Shown here one piece after another: positions 9,592 to 17,411 of a DNA stretch of 64,000 nucleotides (its first letter is position 1; every line of letters starts with the position of its first letter). The stretch lies in contig CAZJQD010000007.1 of assembly GCA_964548165.1 (NCBI GenBank), positions 25,665 to 89,664 on the forward strand, written 5' to 3'. Both the position numbers and the translations under genes were made by a program. Under the pieces are notes generated by a model that saw nothing but the letters and a program-made list of their open reading frames with translations, was not told the origin of the DNA and made no database searches. The DNA is from an uncultured bacterium. GTDB lineage: Bacteria; UBA8481.

Positions 9592-10326
9592 CTACATCCT
9601 CCCGAGGATGCGACCGGCACGGCCCTCCGTGAATCGCGATCCATCGTTGGGACGATGCCGGAGCGGGGACGGCAGGACGGCCGCGAGCCGCGCCGCCTGT
9701 CCCCAGGAAACCCGGGAGGAGGAGACGCGAAACCAGGCCTGGGACGCCGCCTCCGCGCCGTAGATCCCGTCACCCCACTCGATCACGTTGAGGTAAATCT
9801 CGAGAATCCGATCCTTGGGAAGGAGAAGCTCCATCCAGACGGTGAGATAGATCTCCACGCCCTTGCGAATCGCCTTGTCGTAGATCGTCACTCCCTCCCA
9901 GAGAAACAGGTTCTTGACCAACTGCATCGAGATGGTCGAGGCGCCGCGCGCGCGCTCCCCGTCCTGGCCCTCCTCGAAGGCTTTCTCGGCCTCCACCATG
10001 TCGACGCCCCAGTGCCGGTAGAACCGCCCGTCCTCGGCGGCCACCACGGCGCGGCGCAGGCGCGGCGATATCTCACCCAGGGCCCGCCACTCCATGCGCT
10101 TGTCGTAGGGACGCCAATCCACCAGGGCGGTGATGCGGCGCTGGGCCTGGAGCGAGGTCGTCGGTGGATCGATCCACCGGAGCGGCAGGAGGAGCGCCGG
10201 TGGAACGAGGACAACCAGGAGAACGAAGGCTCCCACGACCTGGAGGATTTCGCGCGCGATCCTCGCCACGCGTCCGCGCCTTCGCCCCCGGGATGCCGCG
10301 CGCGGATGAGGACCAGCGTCCGTCAT
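9592..10326 (-). CDS. mtgA: monofunctional biosynthetic peptidoglycan transglycosylase
   Basis: GT51 motifs EDGRFYRHWGVD, GASTISMQLVKNLFL and RILEIYLNVIEWGDGIYG, with an N-terminal TM anchor. The protein aligns with E. coli MtgA along its length. Confidence 0.8.
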   Translation of the reverse strand: MTDAGPHPRAASRGRRRGRVARIAREILQVVGAFVLLVVLVPPALLLPLRWIDPPTTSLQAQRRITALVDWRPYDKRMEWRALGEISPRLRRAVVAAEDGRFYRHWGVDMVEAEKAFEEGQDGERARGASTISMQLVKNLFLWEGVTIYDKAIRKGVEIYLTVWMELLLPKDRILEIYLNVIEWGDGIYGAEAASQAWFRVSSSRVSWGQAARLAAVLPSPLRHRPNDGSRFTEGRAGRILGRM

Positions 10327-10383
10327 GGGTATGCCGTGATCGATTTCTTCAGGAAGTGAAAGAGTGGAGGTCCAAAAAAAAGG

Positions 10384-11043
10384 CTACGGCTTTTTCATCC
10401 AACTGTTGTTGGGCCCCTGGATCCATGTGCCCGAGGCCGCCATGGTATGGCGGACATACGCAAACTCCTTGGCGACGTCCTCCATCCGGTAGCCCTTCTG
10501 CCGGACGATCTCCACGAAGAGCGTTCGACGATCGACGTTCTCGTCATTGAGCACCGGACCATCCTCGGCCGCGGGAAACTCGAAGGCGAAGTCCTCGAAG
10601 CCCGAGGTGCCGTTCGGTTGCTTGAGGATGCCATTGTTGGCCTCGCCGGCGACTTCCCTCTTCAAGGAATCATTGACGCGGGTGATCCGGCCCTGCCGGC
10701 GCTGCATGACGCGGACCACGGTCTCGGAGGTTTCGATGGCGCGGAGGTCGGGGCGGGCCGTGGCGTCGGCATCGGACGGAGCGCCGGCCGCGGCCACCTG
10801 GAAGGCGCCCAGGGCGACGGGGCGGACGGAGGTCGGAGCAGGGCGCGAGGAGATCGTGATCGTCATCGTGCTCCAGTCGAACTTGGCCCAGTCGTCGTTG
10901 CCGCTGAGCGATGACTCGAGGGCGAAGATGTCCGAACGCAGGTCGGCGAACTTGACGATGATGGTTTGCGTCGGGAGACAGCCGGTCGTAATGAGCGCGA
11001 CAAACGACAGGCAGGTTATGAATAGGGGCATGCGCCGCATCAT
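10384..11043 (-). CDS. hypothetical lipoprotein
   Basis: The real start is at the MM pair (ATG 11043/11040) giving MMRRMPLFITCLSFVALITTGC, a lipobox-type signal. The upstream part of the track ORF is Arg/Cys-rich junk. There is no recognisable family. A U8 tract follows the stop on the minus strand. Confidence 0.5.
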   Translation of the reverse strand: MMRRMPLFITCLSFVALITTGCLPTQTIIVKFADLRSDIFALESSLSGNDDWAKFDWSTMTITISSRPAPTSVRPVALGAFQVAAAGAPSDADATARPDLRAIETSETVVRVMQRRQGRITRVNDSLKREVAGEANNGILKQPNGTSGFEDFAFEFPAAEDGPVLNDENVDRRTLFVEIVRQKGYRMEDVAKEFAYVRHTMAASGTWIQGPNNSWMKKP

Positions 11044-11310
11044 GAATTCCTTTCTGCCCTCTTGGACCCGGGGCACGGGGGAAAGTTCACACAGATACTG
11101 CGAATATAACACATTGTCGACGTGATGTCGCGGATCGACGTGAAAAAATACAGAAGAAAATGGTCGCGCTCCCCCGCGCGATCGACTTTGGCAAAGTTTG
11201 AAAAATGAAGAGCTCGCGGCACGTGCTCGTGAGCGACAAACTAGAGGACAGCGATGGTACATGCGTGGGTACAAGCTCGTGGGGATAAGAGGCGGAAATG
11301 CCCCCGTTTC

Positions 11311-11339
11311 TTGACCCTGGAGACCCCGTCGCGTATGGT
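11311..11339 (+). promoter_or_regulatory. sigma-70-like promoter for ileS (TTGACC-N17-TATGGT)
   Basis: -35 TTGACC at 11311-11316 and -10 TATGGT at 11334-11339. The predicted TSS at about 11346 lies 5 nt before the ATG at 11351, implying a leaderless or near-leaderless ileS mRNA. Confidence 0.35.
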
Positions 11340-11350
11340 TTGTGGTTCTC

Positions 11351-14041
11351 ATGACCGCCGACTATCGCGACACCGTACGGGTTCCCGACAGCCCGGTTCC
11401 CATGCGAGCGAACCTCCCGGAACTCGAACCGAAAATGGTCGCTCGGTGGCAGGAACTCGACCTCTACGCCCGGCTCCGCCAGGCACGCGTCGGCCGCCCC
11501 ATCTTTCTCCTGCACGATGGCCCCCCTTACGCCAACGGCGAACTGCACATGGGCCATGCGCTCAACAAGACACTCAAGGACATCGTCGTCCGGCATCGCG
11601 CGCTCCGCGGCTTCGACACGCCCTTCGTCCCCGGCTGGGACTGCCACGGGCTCCCGATCGAGCACAACGTCATGCGCGAGCTCGGAGACAAGGCCGCAAG
11701 CCTCTCGCAGGTCGAGATCCGTAAGCTCTGCCGCGCCTTCGCGCGCCGCTACGTCGAGATCCAGCGAGAGGGGTTCCGCCGGCTCGGGTGCATCGGTCAC
11801 TGGGAGAATCCCTACCTCACGCTCGACGACGAGTTCGAGGCGCGCATCCTCGAGGCCTTCGGCACGCTCCACGAGCAGGGCTGCATCTATCGCGGCCTCA
11901 AGCCCATCCACTGGTGCCCGTCCTGCCGCACCGCGCTCGCCGCCTCGACGGCCGAGGCCGAATACGGCGACCACGACACCGACGCCATCACCGTCGCCTT
12001 CCCCTCCGTCGAGGACCCGAACCTCGCCATCCTCATCTGGACCACGACGCCCTGGACCCTGCCCGCCAACGTCGCCGTCGCGGTCCGCGCCGATCTCGAG
12101 TACGTCACGGTCCAGGTCGGCGAGCGTCGGTTCCTGCTGGCTGAGGCTCTCCTTCCCGCCGTGTCGACCGCGGCTGGCTGGTCCCATCCCGAGATCATCG
12201 CCCGGGTACAAGGATCCGCGATCGAACACCGCAAGTTCCGCCACCCGTTCCTCGACCGCGAGGTTCCCGCCATCCTCGGCGAGTTCGTCACGACGGACGC
12301 CGGGACCGGCGTCGTCCATATCGCGCCCGGGCACGGCGTCGAGGACTACCACGCGGGCCTCAAGTACAAGCTCCCCATCCTGGCCCCGGTCGATGATCGC
12401 GGCCGGCTGACCGAGGAGGCCGGGGTCTTCCGCGGCATCGGTGTCTTCGAGGCCAACCCGCTCATCATCGGCCTGCTCAAGGACCGCGGCATGCTCATCC
12501 ACGCCGAGACGATCCGCCATTCGTATCCGCACTGCTGGCGGTGCAAGCATCCGGTCATCTTCCGCGCCACCCGCCAGTGGTTCATGAACGTCGATCACGC
12601 GAGCGGCGGCAAGACGCTCCGCGAGATCGCGCTCGCCGCCGTCGACGCCGTCCAGTGGATCCCGAACTGGGGCCGCGACCGTTTCGCCGGCACGGTGAGA
12701 GAACGCCCCGACTGGTGTCTCTCGCGCCAGCGATCCTGGGGAGTCCCGATCCCGGCGCTCGTCTGCGACGATTGCGGCCACTCCGTGGTCGACGCTTCGC
12801 TCCAGGCCGAGGTCACGGCCCTCGCTCGCGCCGGCCGGCTCGACGAGTGGTTTGCGGAGGATCCCGCGCCGCGATCCTGCACGTGCGGCAAGCCGCTCCG
12901 ACGCGAGCGCGACATCCTCGACGTCTGGTTCGACTCGGGCGTCTCGTGGTACGCCACCGACATGTTCGACGGCGGCTCGCGAAGAACCGGCGAACCCCCG
13001 ATCGCCGATCTCTACCTCGAGGGATCCGACCAGCACCGAGGCTGGTTCCAATCCTCGCTCTGGCCCTCGTTGGCTCTACGAGGCGTCCCCCCGTACCGCG
13101 CCGTCCTCACCCACGGTTTCATGCTCGACGGCGACGGCAAGGCCATGCACAAGTCCGCGGGCAACGTCATCGCGCCGCAGGACATCATGAAGAAGTACGG
13201 CGCCGACATCATCCGGCTCTGGGTCGCCTCGGAGAACTACCGCGAGGACGTGCGACTCTCGTACGTCATCCTCGATCACGTCGCCGATACCTACCGCAAG
13301 ATCCGCAATACCTGGCGCTTCCTGGCCGGCGTCGCCAAGGACCTGCCGCTCGACGTCCAGGTTCCCGTCGCCGGCCGCCCCGAGCTCGACCGCTGGGCGC
13401 TCTCGGTCCTGGGCCGCTGGTTGGCCTCGGTCTCGCGCGCCTACGACGAGTACGCCTTTCACGAGGTCTACCGGATGACGCTGGAGCTTATCACCGGCGA
13501 GCTCTCGGCCCTCTACCTCGACGTCATCAAGGATCGCCTCTACTGCGACGCTCCCGATGGCGCCGAACGCCGGGCCGCCCAGGCGACATGCCGTGAGATC
13601 CTCTCCGTGACGGTCCGGGCGCTGGCACCCATCCTGCCGTTCACGACGGACGAGGTCTGGGGACACGCCAACATCGACAAGGGAGCTGCCGCTGACTCCA
13701 TTCACCTTTCGGACTGGCCCGCGTCCCTGCCCGTCGACGAGGAACTCCTCGCGCGATTCGCCCCCCTGTTGGCGGCGCGCGGCGAGATCCTCAAGGCCCT
13801 CGAAGACCAGCGCGCGGCCGGGAAGATCAAGAAGAGCCAGATGGCGCGCGTGACCACGCGGTTCCAGGGCGACCTCGAGACGCTCCGGCTCCTCACCCAG
13901 GTCGCCGAGCTCGTGCCCGGAGACGTGCTCATGGTGGAGCCGACCCAGCTCCCCAAGTGTCCGCGCTGCTGGCGGCACCTGCCCCTGGAGGGAGAACTCT
14001 GCGCCCGGTGCGACACCGTCGTCGCGGCGCTGGCGCGCTAG
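11351..14041 (+). CDS. ileS: isoleucine--tRNA ligase
   Basis: N-terminus DYRDTVRVPDSPVPMRANLPELEP matches the IleS consensus (E. coli [21 protein letters not shown]). HMGH motif, KMSKS-like AMHKS, and C-terminal zinc ribbon CPRCWRH...CARCD. The start is the ATG at 11351; the track's GTG at 11342 lies before the predicted TSS. Confidence 0.9.
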   Translation: MTADYRDTVRVPDSPVPMRANLPELEPKMVARWQELDLYARLRQARVGRPIFLLHDGPPYANGELHMGHALNKTLKDIVVRHRALRGFDTPFVPGWDCHGLPIEHNVMRELGDKAASLSQVEIRKLCRAFARRYVEIQREGFRRLGCIGHWENPYLTLDDEFEARILEAFGTLHEQGCIYRGLKPIHWCPSCRTALAASTAEAEYGDHDTDAITVAFPSVEDPNLAILIWTTTPWTLPANVAVAVRADLEYVTVQVGERRFLLAEALLPAVSTAAGWSHPEIIARVQGSAIEHRKFRHPFLDREVPAILGEFVTTDAGTGVVHIAPGHGVEDYHAGLKYKLPILAPVDDRGRLTEEAGVFRGIGVFEANPLIIGLLKDRGMLIHAETIRHSYPHCWRCKHPVIFRATRQWFMNVDHASGGKTLREIALAAVDAVQWIPNWGRDRFAGTVRERPDWCLSRQRSWGVPIPALVCDDCGHSVVDASLQAEVTALARAGRLDEWFAEDPAPRSCTCGKPLRRERDILDVWFDSGVSWYATDMFDGGSRRTGEPPIADLYLEGSDQHRGWFQSSLWPSLALRGVPPYRAVLTHGFMLDGDGKAMHKSAGNVIAPQDIMKKYGADIIRLWVASENYREDVRLSYVILDHVADTYRKIRNTWRFLAGVAKDLPLDVQVPVAGRPELDRWALSVLGRWLASVSRAYDEYAFHEVYRMTLELITGELSALYLDVIKDRLYCDAPDGAERRAAQATCREILSVTVRALAPILPFTTDEVWGHANIDKGAAADSIHLSDWPASLPVDEELLARFAPLLAARGEILKALEDQRAAGKIKKSQMARVTTRFQGDLETLRLLTQVAELVPGDVLMVEPTQLPKCPRCWRHLPLEGELCARCDTVVAALAR

Positions 14042-14044
14042 GTC

Positions 14045-14644
14045 GTGACTGCCGCTGCCACGTCACCGGCCCCGATGACTTCCGCCAGCATGAAGGCCCC
14101 GGGTTGGTTGCTGGCGATCACGTGGGTCGCGGTCCCCGTCCTTGTCGCCTTTGACCAGTGGACCAAGAACTTCATCGTCACCTACTACTACCTCTGGGAG
14201 ATCGACCCCATCATCGGGAACATCGTGAGATTGACGCGCGTGCATAACCAGGGCGCGGCATTCGGCGTCCTGCAGGAGTGGCCGGGGCTCTTTCGCAACC
14301 TCACGGGCTTCGCCATCGTCGCGCTTACCGCGCACAAGGCCCTGACCCGGAACCGCACCGCTCTCTACCATGCCGCGCTTGGCCTCGTGCTCGCCGGCGC
14401 CGTCGGCAACTTCATCGACCGCATCCGCTACAATTACGTCGTCGACTTCATCCAGGTCGGATTCAACGGCTGGTACTGGCCCTCGTTCAACGTTGCGGAC
14501 TCGGCCATCTCCGTGGGCGTCGTCCTCCTGCTCTGGGGCTCCCTGGCGATGCCCGAACCCGAGGACACACCTATCACCGACGAACCCATCACGGATGGGG
14601 AACCCATCACGGATGGGAAATCCGACGCAGAAGCGAGGCCCTAG
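14045..14644 (+). CDS. lspA: lipoprotein signal peptidase II
   Basis: Motifs DQWTKN, NQGAAFG, GNFIDR and FNVADSAISVG, in the conserved ileS-lspA synteny. GTG start 3 nt after the ileS stop. The C-terminal 30 aa (TPITDEPITDGEPITDGKSDAEARP) is encoded by palindromic repeat units. Confidence 0.85.
   Translation: MTAAATSPAPMTSASMKAPGWLLAITWVAVPVLVAFDQWTKNFIVTYYYLWEIDPIIGNIVRLTRVHNQGAAFGVLQEWPGLFRNLTGFAIVALTAHKALTRNRTALYHAALGLVLAGAVGNFIDRIRYNYVVDFIQVGFNGWYWPSFNVADSAISVGVVLLLWGSLAMPEPEDTPITDEPITDGEPITDGKSDAEARP
14585..14617. repeat. tandem pair of 15-bp palindromes CCCATCACGGATGGG (period 18 bp)
   Basis: Perfect inverted-repeat arms CCCATC/GATGGG with a 3-nt spacer, two copies, inside the 3' tail of lspA and 30-60 nt upstream of the lgt start. 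The same pair recurs at 56956-56988. Confidence 0.7.
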
Positions 14645-14646
14645 CC

Positions 14647-15408
14647 ATGTTCCCCGTGCTCGTAGACATTCCCGGGTTTCCCATCCACACCTACGGCATC
14701 CTCCTGGCGCTCGGGTTCGCCGCCGCCCTGGTCACGCTCATCTCCGTCGGCCGCGTCGCGGGCTTCCGCAGCGAAGACCTGGGCGACCTCGCGCTGGTGG
14801 CGCTCGTCAGCGGACTGGTGGGTGGCCGCCTCCTCTACGTGATCGTCGAGTGGGACCAGTTCGCGGGAAATCTCTCGCAGATCGTCCTCAGGCGCGACGG
14901 CTTCGTCTTCTACGGGGGCCTGCTCGTGGCCGCGCCCGTCACCATGTTCTTCCTGCGCCGCCGCGGGCTCCCCCTCGCTCCCCTCGCCGATGTCGTCGCG
15001 CCCGCGCTCGCGCTTGGCCACTCCATCGGGCGACTCGGCTGTTTCGCGCAGGGTTGCTGTTACGGCCGCGCCTCCGCCTGGGGCCTCACCTTCCACGAGG
15101 ACTCCGCGGCATCGGTCGCCAACGGCGGACTCCCGGTCATCCCCGTCCAGCTCTATGAATCGCTCCTTCTCCTGGGCCTCTTCGGCCTGCTGCTTTCCCT
15201 GAGGGGTCGCTTCAAGTTTCCTGGCGCCCTGATGTGCGTGTACCTCGCCGTGTACGCCGTGATCCGCTTCAGCCTCGAGACGCTCCGCGCCGATGACCGC
15301 GGCTTCTACCTCGGACCGCTCTCGGTTTCGCAGTTAATCTCCATCGGGCTCCTCGCGCTCGCCGGCATCCTCGCCTGGAGGCTCCGCTCACGCCAACCCA
15401 TATCGTAG
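14647..15408 (+). CDS. lgt: prolipoprotein diacylglyceryl transferase
   Basis: Lgt signature GRLGCFAQGCCYG and multiple TM helices. ATG at 14647, 2 nt after the lspA stop. The track ORF 14278-15408 is an upstream out-of-context extension. Confidence 0.85.
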   Translation: MFPVLVDIPGFPIHTYGILLALGFAAALVTLISVGRVAGFRSEDLGDLALVALVSGLVGGRLLYVIVEWDQFAGNLSQIVLRRDGFVFYGGLLVAAPVTMFFLRRRGLPLAPLADVVAPALALGHSIGRLGCFAQGCCYGRASAWGLTFHEDSAASVANGGLPVIPVQLYESLLLLGLFGLLLSLRGRFKFPGALMCVYLAVYAVIRFSLETLRADDRGFYLGPLSVSQLISIGLLALAGILAWRLRSRQPIS

Positions 15409-15476
15409 AAGACCTGGAGAAGAACCGGCGCCTCGACAAGTTCCTCGCGGATCGAAATCCCGAGGCCTCGCGCACC

Positions 15477-16319
15477 GTGCTCGCCAAGCTGGCCGAAGAG
15501 AACCACGTCCTCGTGAATGGAACGCCCGCCGGAAAGAACTACCGCGTGCGCCTCGGGGACGTCGTGACGTTCGAGCTCCCCGCTCCTGCCGACGGCGAAG
15601 GGCCTGGGGCCGAGGAACTCCCCCTGACCATCGTCCATGCCGACGACGATCTCGCCGTCATCGACAAGCCCGCCGGCCTCTGCGTTCACCCCTCTCCAGG
15701 TCATCTCACCGGGACGCTGGTCAACCGCCTGCTCGCGCGGTTCCCGAGGATGGCCGGCGTCGGATCGCGCAAGCGCCCCGGCGTCGTCCACCGGCTCGAC
15801 ATGGACACCTCCGGGCTCCTCGTCGTCGCGCTCTCCCCGCTCGCCTACAAGGCGCTCACCGCCATGCTCAAGGTCCGCACCATCCACCGCGAGTACCTGG
15901 CCGTCGTCTATGGCATTCCCGAGCCCCCGCATGGGACCATCACCCTGCCGATGGGGCGTGATCCCGAGCATCGTCGCCGGTTCGCCGTGCTCTCGCCCGC
16001 ATCGGGCCTGACCACCCGTCCCGCCGTCACGCACTACGACGTCGTCGAGCGATTCAACGCCTCCGCGCTCGTGAAGCTGAAGCTGGAGACCGGGCGCACG
16101 CACCAGATCCGCGTGCACATGCAGAGGATCGGCTACCCCATCGCCGGCGACCAGCTCTACGCGCCCGGCCACACGGGCCTTCCCATCTCCCGCCAGGCGC
16201 TCCATGCCGCGCGGCTGGCCTTCCGCCATCCCCGCTCCGGCGAGCCCGTCGAGTTCCAGTCCCCTCTGCCGCCGGACATCGCCGCCCTGCTGGATCACCT
16301 TCGCCAGGGAGCGCGGTAG
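15477..16319 (+). CDS. rluD: RluA-family (RluD-like) 23S rRNA pseudouridine synthase
   Basis: Motifs HRLDMDTSGLLVVA, KLETGRTHQIRVH and an S4-like VLVNG. An in-frame upstream stretch (EDLEKNRRLDKFLADRNPEASRT) encodes the S4-domain RLDKFL motif but has no ATG/GTG/TTG start. A CTG at 15414 preceded by AGAAGA is a possible non-canonical start. The true 5' end is therefore uncertain. Confidence 0.75.
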   Translation: MLAKLAEENHVLVNGTPAGKNYRVRLGDVVTFELPAPADGEGPGAEELPLTIVHADDDLAVIDKPAGLCVHPSPGHLTGTLVNRLLARFPRMAGVGSRKRPGVVHRLDMDTSGLLVVALSPLAYKALTAMLKVRTIHREYLAVVYGIPEPPHGTITLPMGRDPEHRRRFAVLSPASGLTTRPAVTHYDVVERFNASALVKLKLETGRTHQIRVHMQRIGYPIAGDQLYAPGHTGLPISRQALHAARLAFRHPRSGEPVEFQSPLPPDIAALLDHLRQGAR

Positions 16320-16372
16320 CCCGGGGCCATCTCCGCCAGGGAGCTCGGTAACCCCTTCTCGCTCCCTTTCCG

Positions 16373-16401
16373 CTCAGGAATTCGTCCCATTCTGCCGATA
16401 A
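16373..16401 (+). promoter_or_regulatory. sigma-28 (FliA)-type promoter upstream of flagellin
   Basis: Exact -10 consensus GCCGATAA at 16394-16401. Weak -35-like CTCAGG 15 nt upstream. SD AGGGA 5 nt before the ATG at 16440. Confidence 0.5.
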
Positions 16402-16439
16402 GAAGGGATACAAGGACGGTATCTTCTACAGGGACGTAG

Positions 16440-17267
16440 ATGAGAATCACTCACAACGAGCTATCAGCCTTTTCCCTCCGGCAGGTTAAATCCGCCGAGA
16501 AGGACGAACTCTCAACCAAGGAACAATTGTCCTCGGGCCGGCGCATCAATCACGCCGGCGACGACGCCGCGGGCCTGGCCATCTCCGACCGCCTCGCGGC
16601 GCGGCACCGCGGCATCCACCAGGCCTGGCGCAATGCCTACGACGCCCAGGCCCTGGTGCGCACCGCGGAAGGCGCCTACGAGGGCGTCAACGAGATGCTC
16701 CAGCGCGTCCGCGCGCTCGCCATCCAGGCCTCCAATGACACCCTCATCACCAGCGACCGGCAGAACATCCAGCTCGAGGTCACCGCGCTCCTCGAGGAGA
16801 TCGATCGGCAGTCGGACACGGTCGAGTACAACGGCAAGAAGCTCTTCGCGCCGACCACGGACCCGGAAGGCCAGGAATACACCTTCCAGGTCGGCTCGGA
16901 CAGGAATGAAACCCTGCGGGTCGATGTCGCGCCCCTGAACGCCACCTGGCTCGGCGTCGAGGACCTCGACGTGAGCTCCCGCGTCTCGGCCGATTCCGCC
17001 ATTGCGGCGGTGGATGGCGCTCTCAATCGCCTCAACGGCCAGCGCGCCGATGTCGGCTCGGTCCAGAACCGGCTCGACGAGGTCATGATGTTCACCGGCA
17101 TCGCCCGCGAGAACACGATCGCGGCGGAGACCAAGATCCGCGACGCCGACTTCGGCCCGACGATCACCGACTATACCAAGCAACAGATCCTGCGCAGTAC
17201 CCGCCTGAGCGCCCTGGCCCAGGCCAATCTCCAACCCGAGTCCGTCCTCCAGCTCCTCAACGCGTAA
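16440..17267 (+). CDS. fliC: flagellin (short, 275 aa, minimal variable domain)
   Basis: N-terminus MRITHN...LSSGRRINHAGDDAAGLAISDRL and C-terminus GSVQNRLDEV...IRDADFGPTITDYTKQQILRSTRLSALAQANLQPESVLQLL match conserved flagellin D0/D1 segments. There are no other flagellar genes in the window. Confidence 0.85.
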   Translation: MRITHNELSAFSLRQVKSAEKDELSTKEQLSSGRRINHAGDDAAGLAISDRLAARHRGIHQAWRNAYDAQALVRTAEGAYEGVNEMLQRVRALAIQASNDTLITSDRQNIQLEVTALLEEIDRQSDTVEYNGKKLFAPTTDPEGQEYTFQVGSDRNETLRVDVAPLNATWLGVEDLDVSSRVSADSAIAAVDGALNRLNGQRADVGSVQNRLDEVMMFTGIARENTIAAETKIRDADFGPTITDYTKQQILRSTRLSALAQANLQPESVLQLLNA

Positions 17268-17411
17268 CAAACTTGCATCGCGGGGACGGAGATTAAACTC
17301 GACCCCAATCTAGCGGCTCCTCCACTCGCGCCAGGCCTGAGCCGGGCTCGGTAGGGGCACACCCCATGGTATGGCCCTACCGTCTTGAACCAAAATCATA
17401 GGGTGAATGCC

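Noticed and set aside
10327-10383. Intrinsic terminator after the 10384 lipoprotein gene (U8 tract on minus strand)
   Set aside because: The only stem preceding the U tract is a weak AAAAAG/CUUUUU A-U stem. It is too unstable to call a terminator confidently, and mtgA follows 57 nt later on the same strand.
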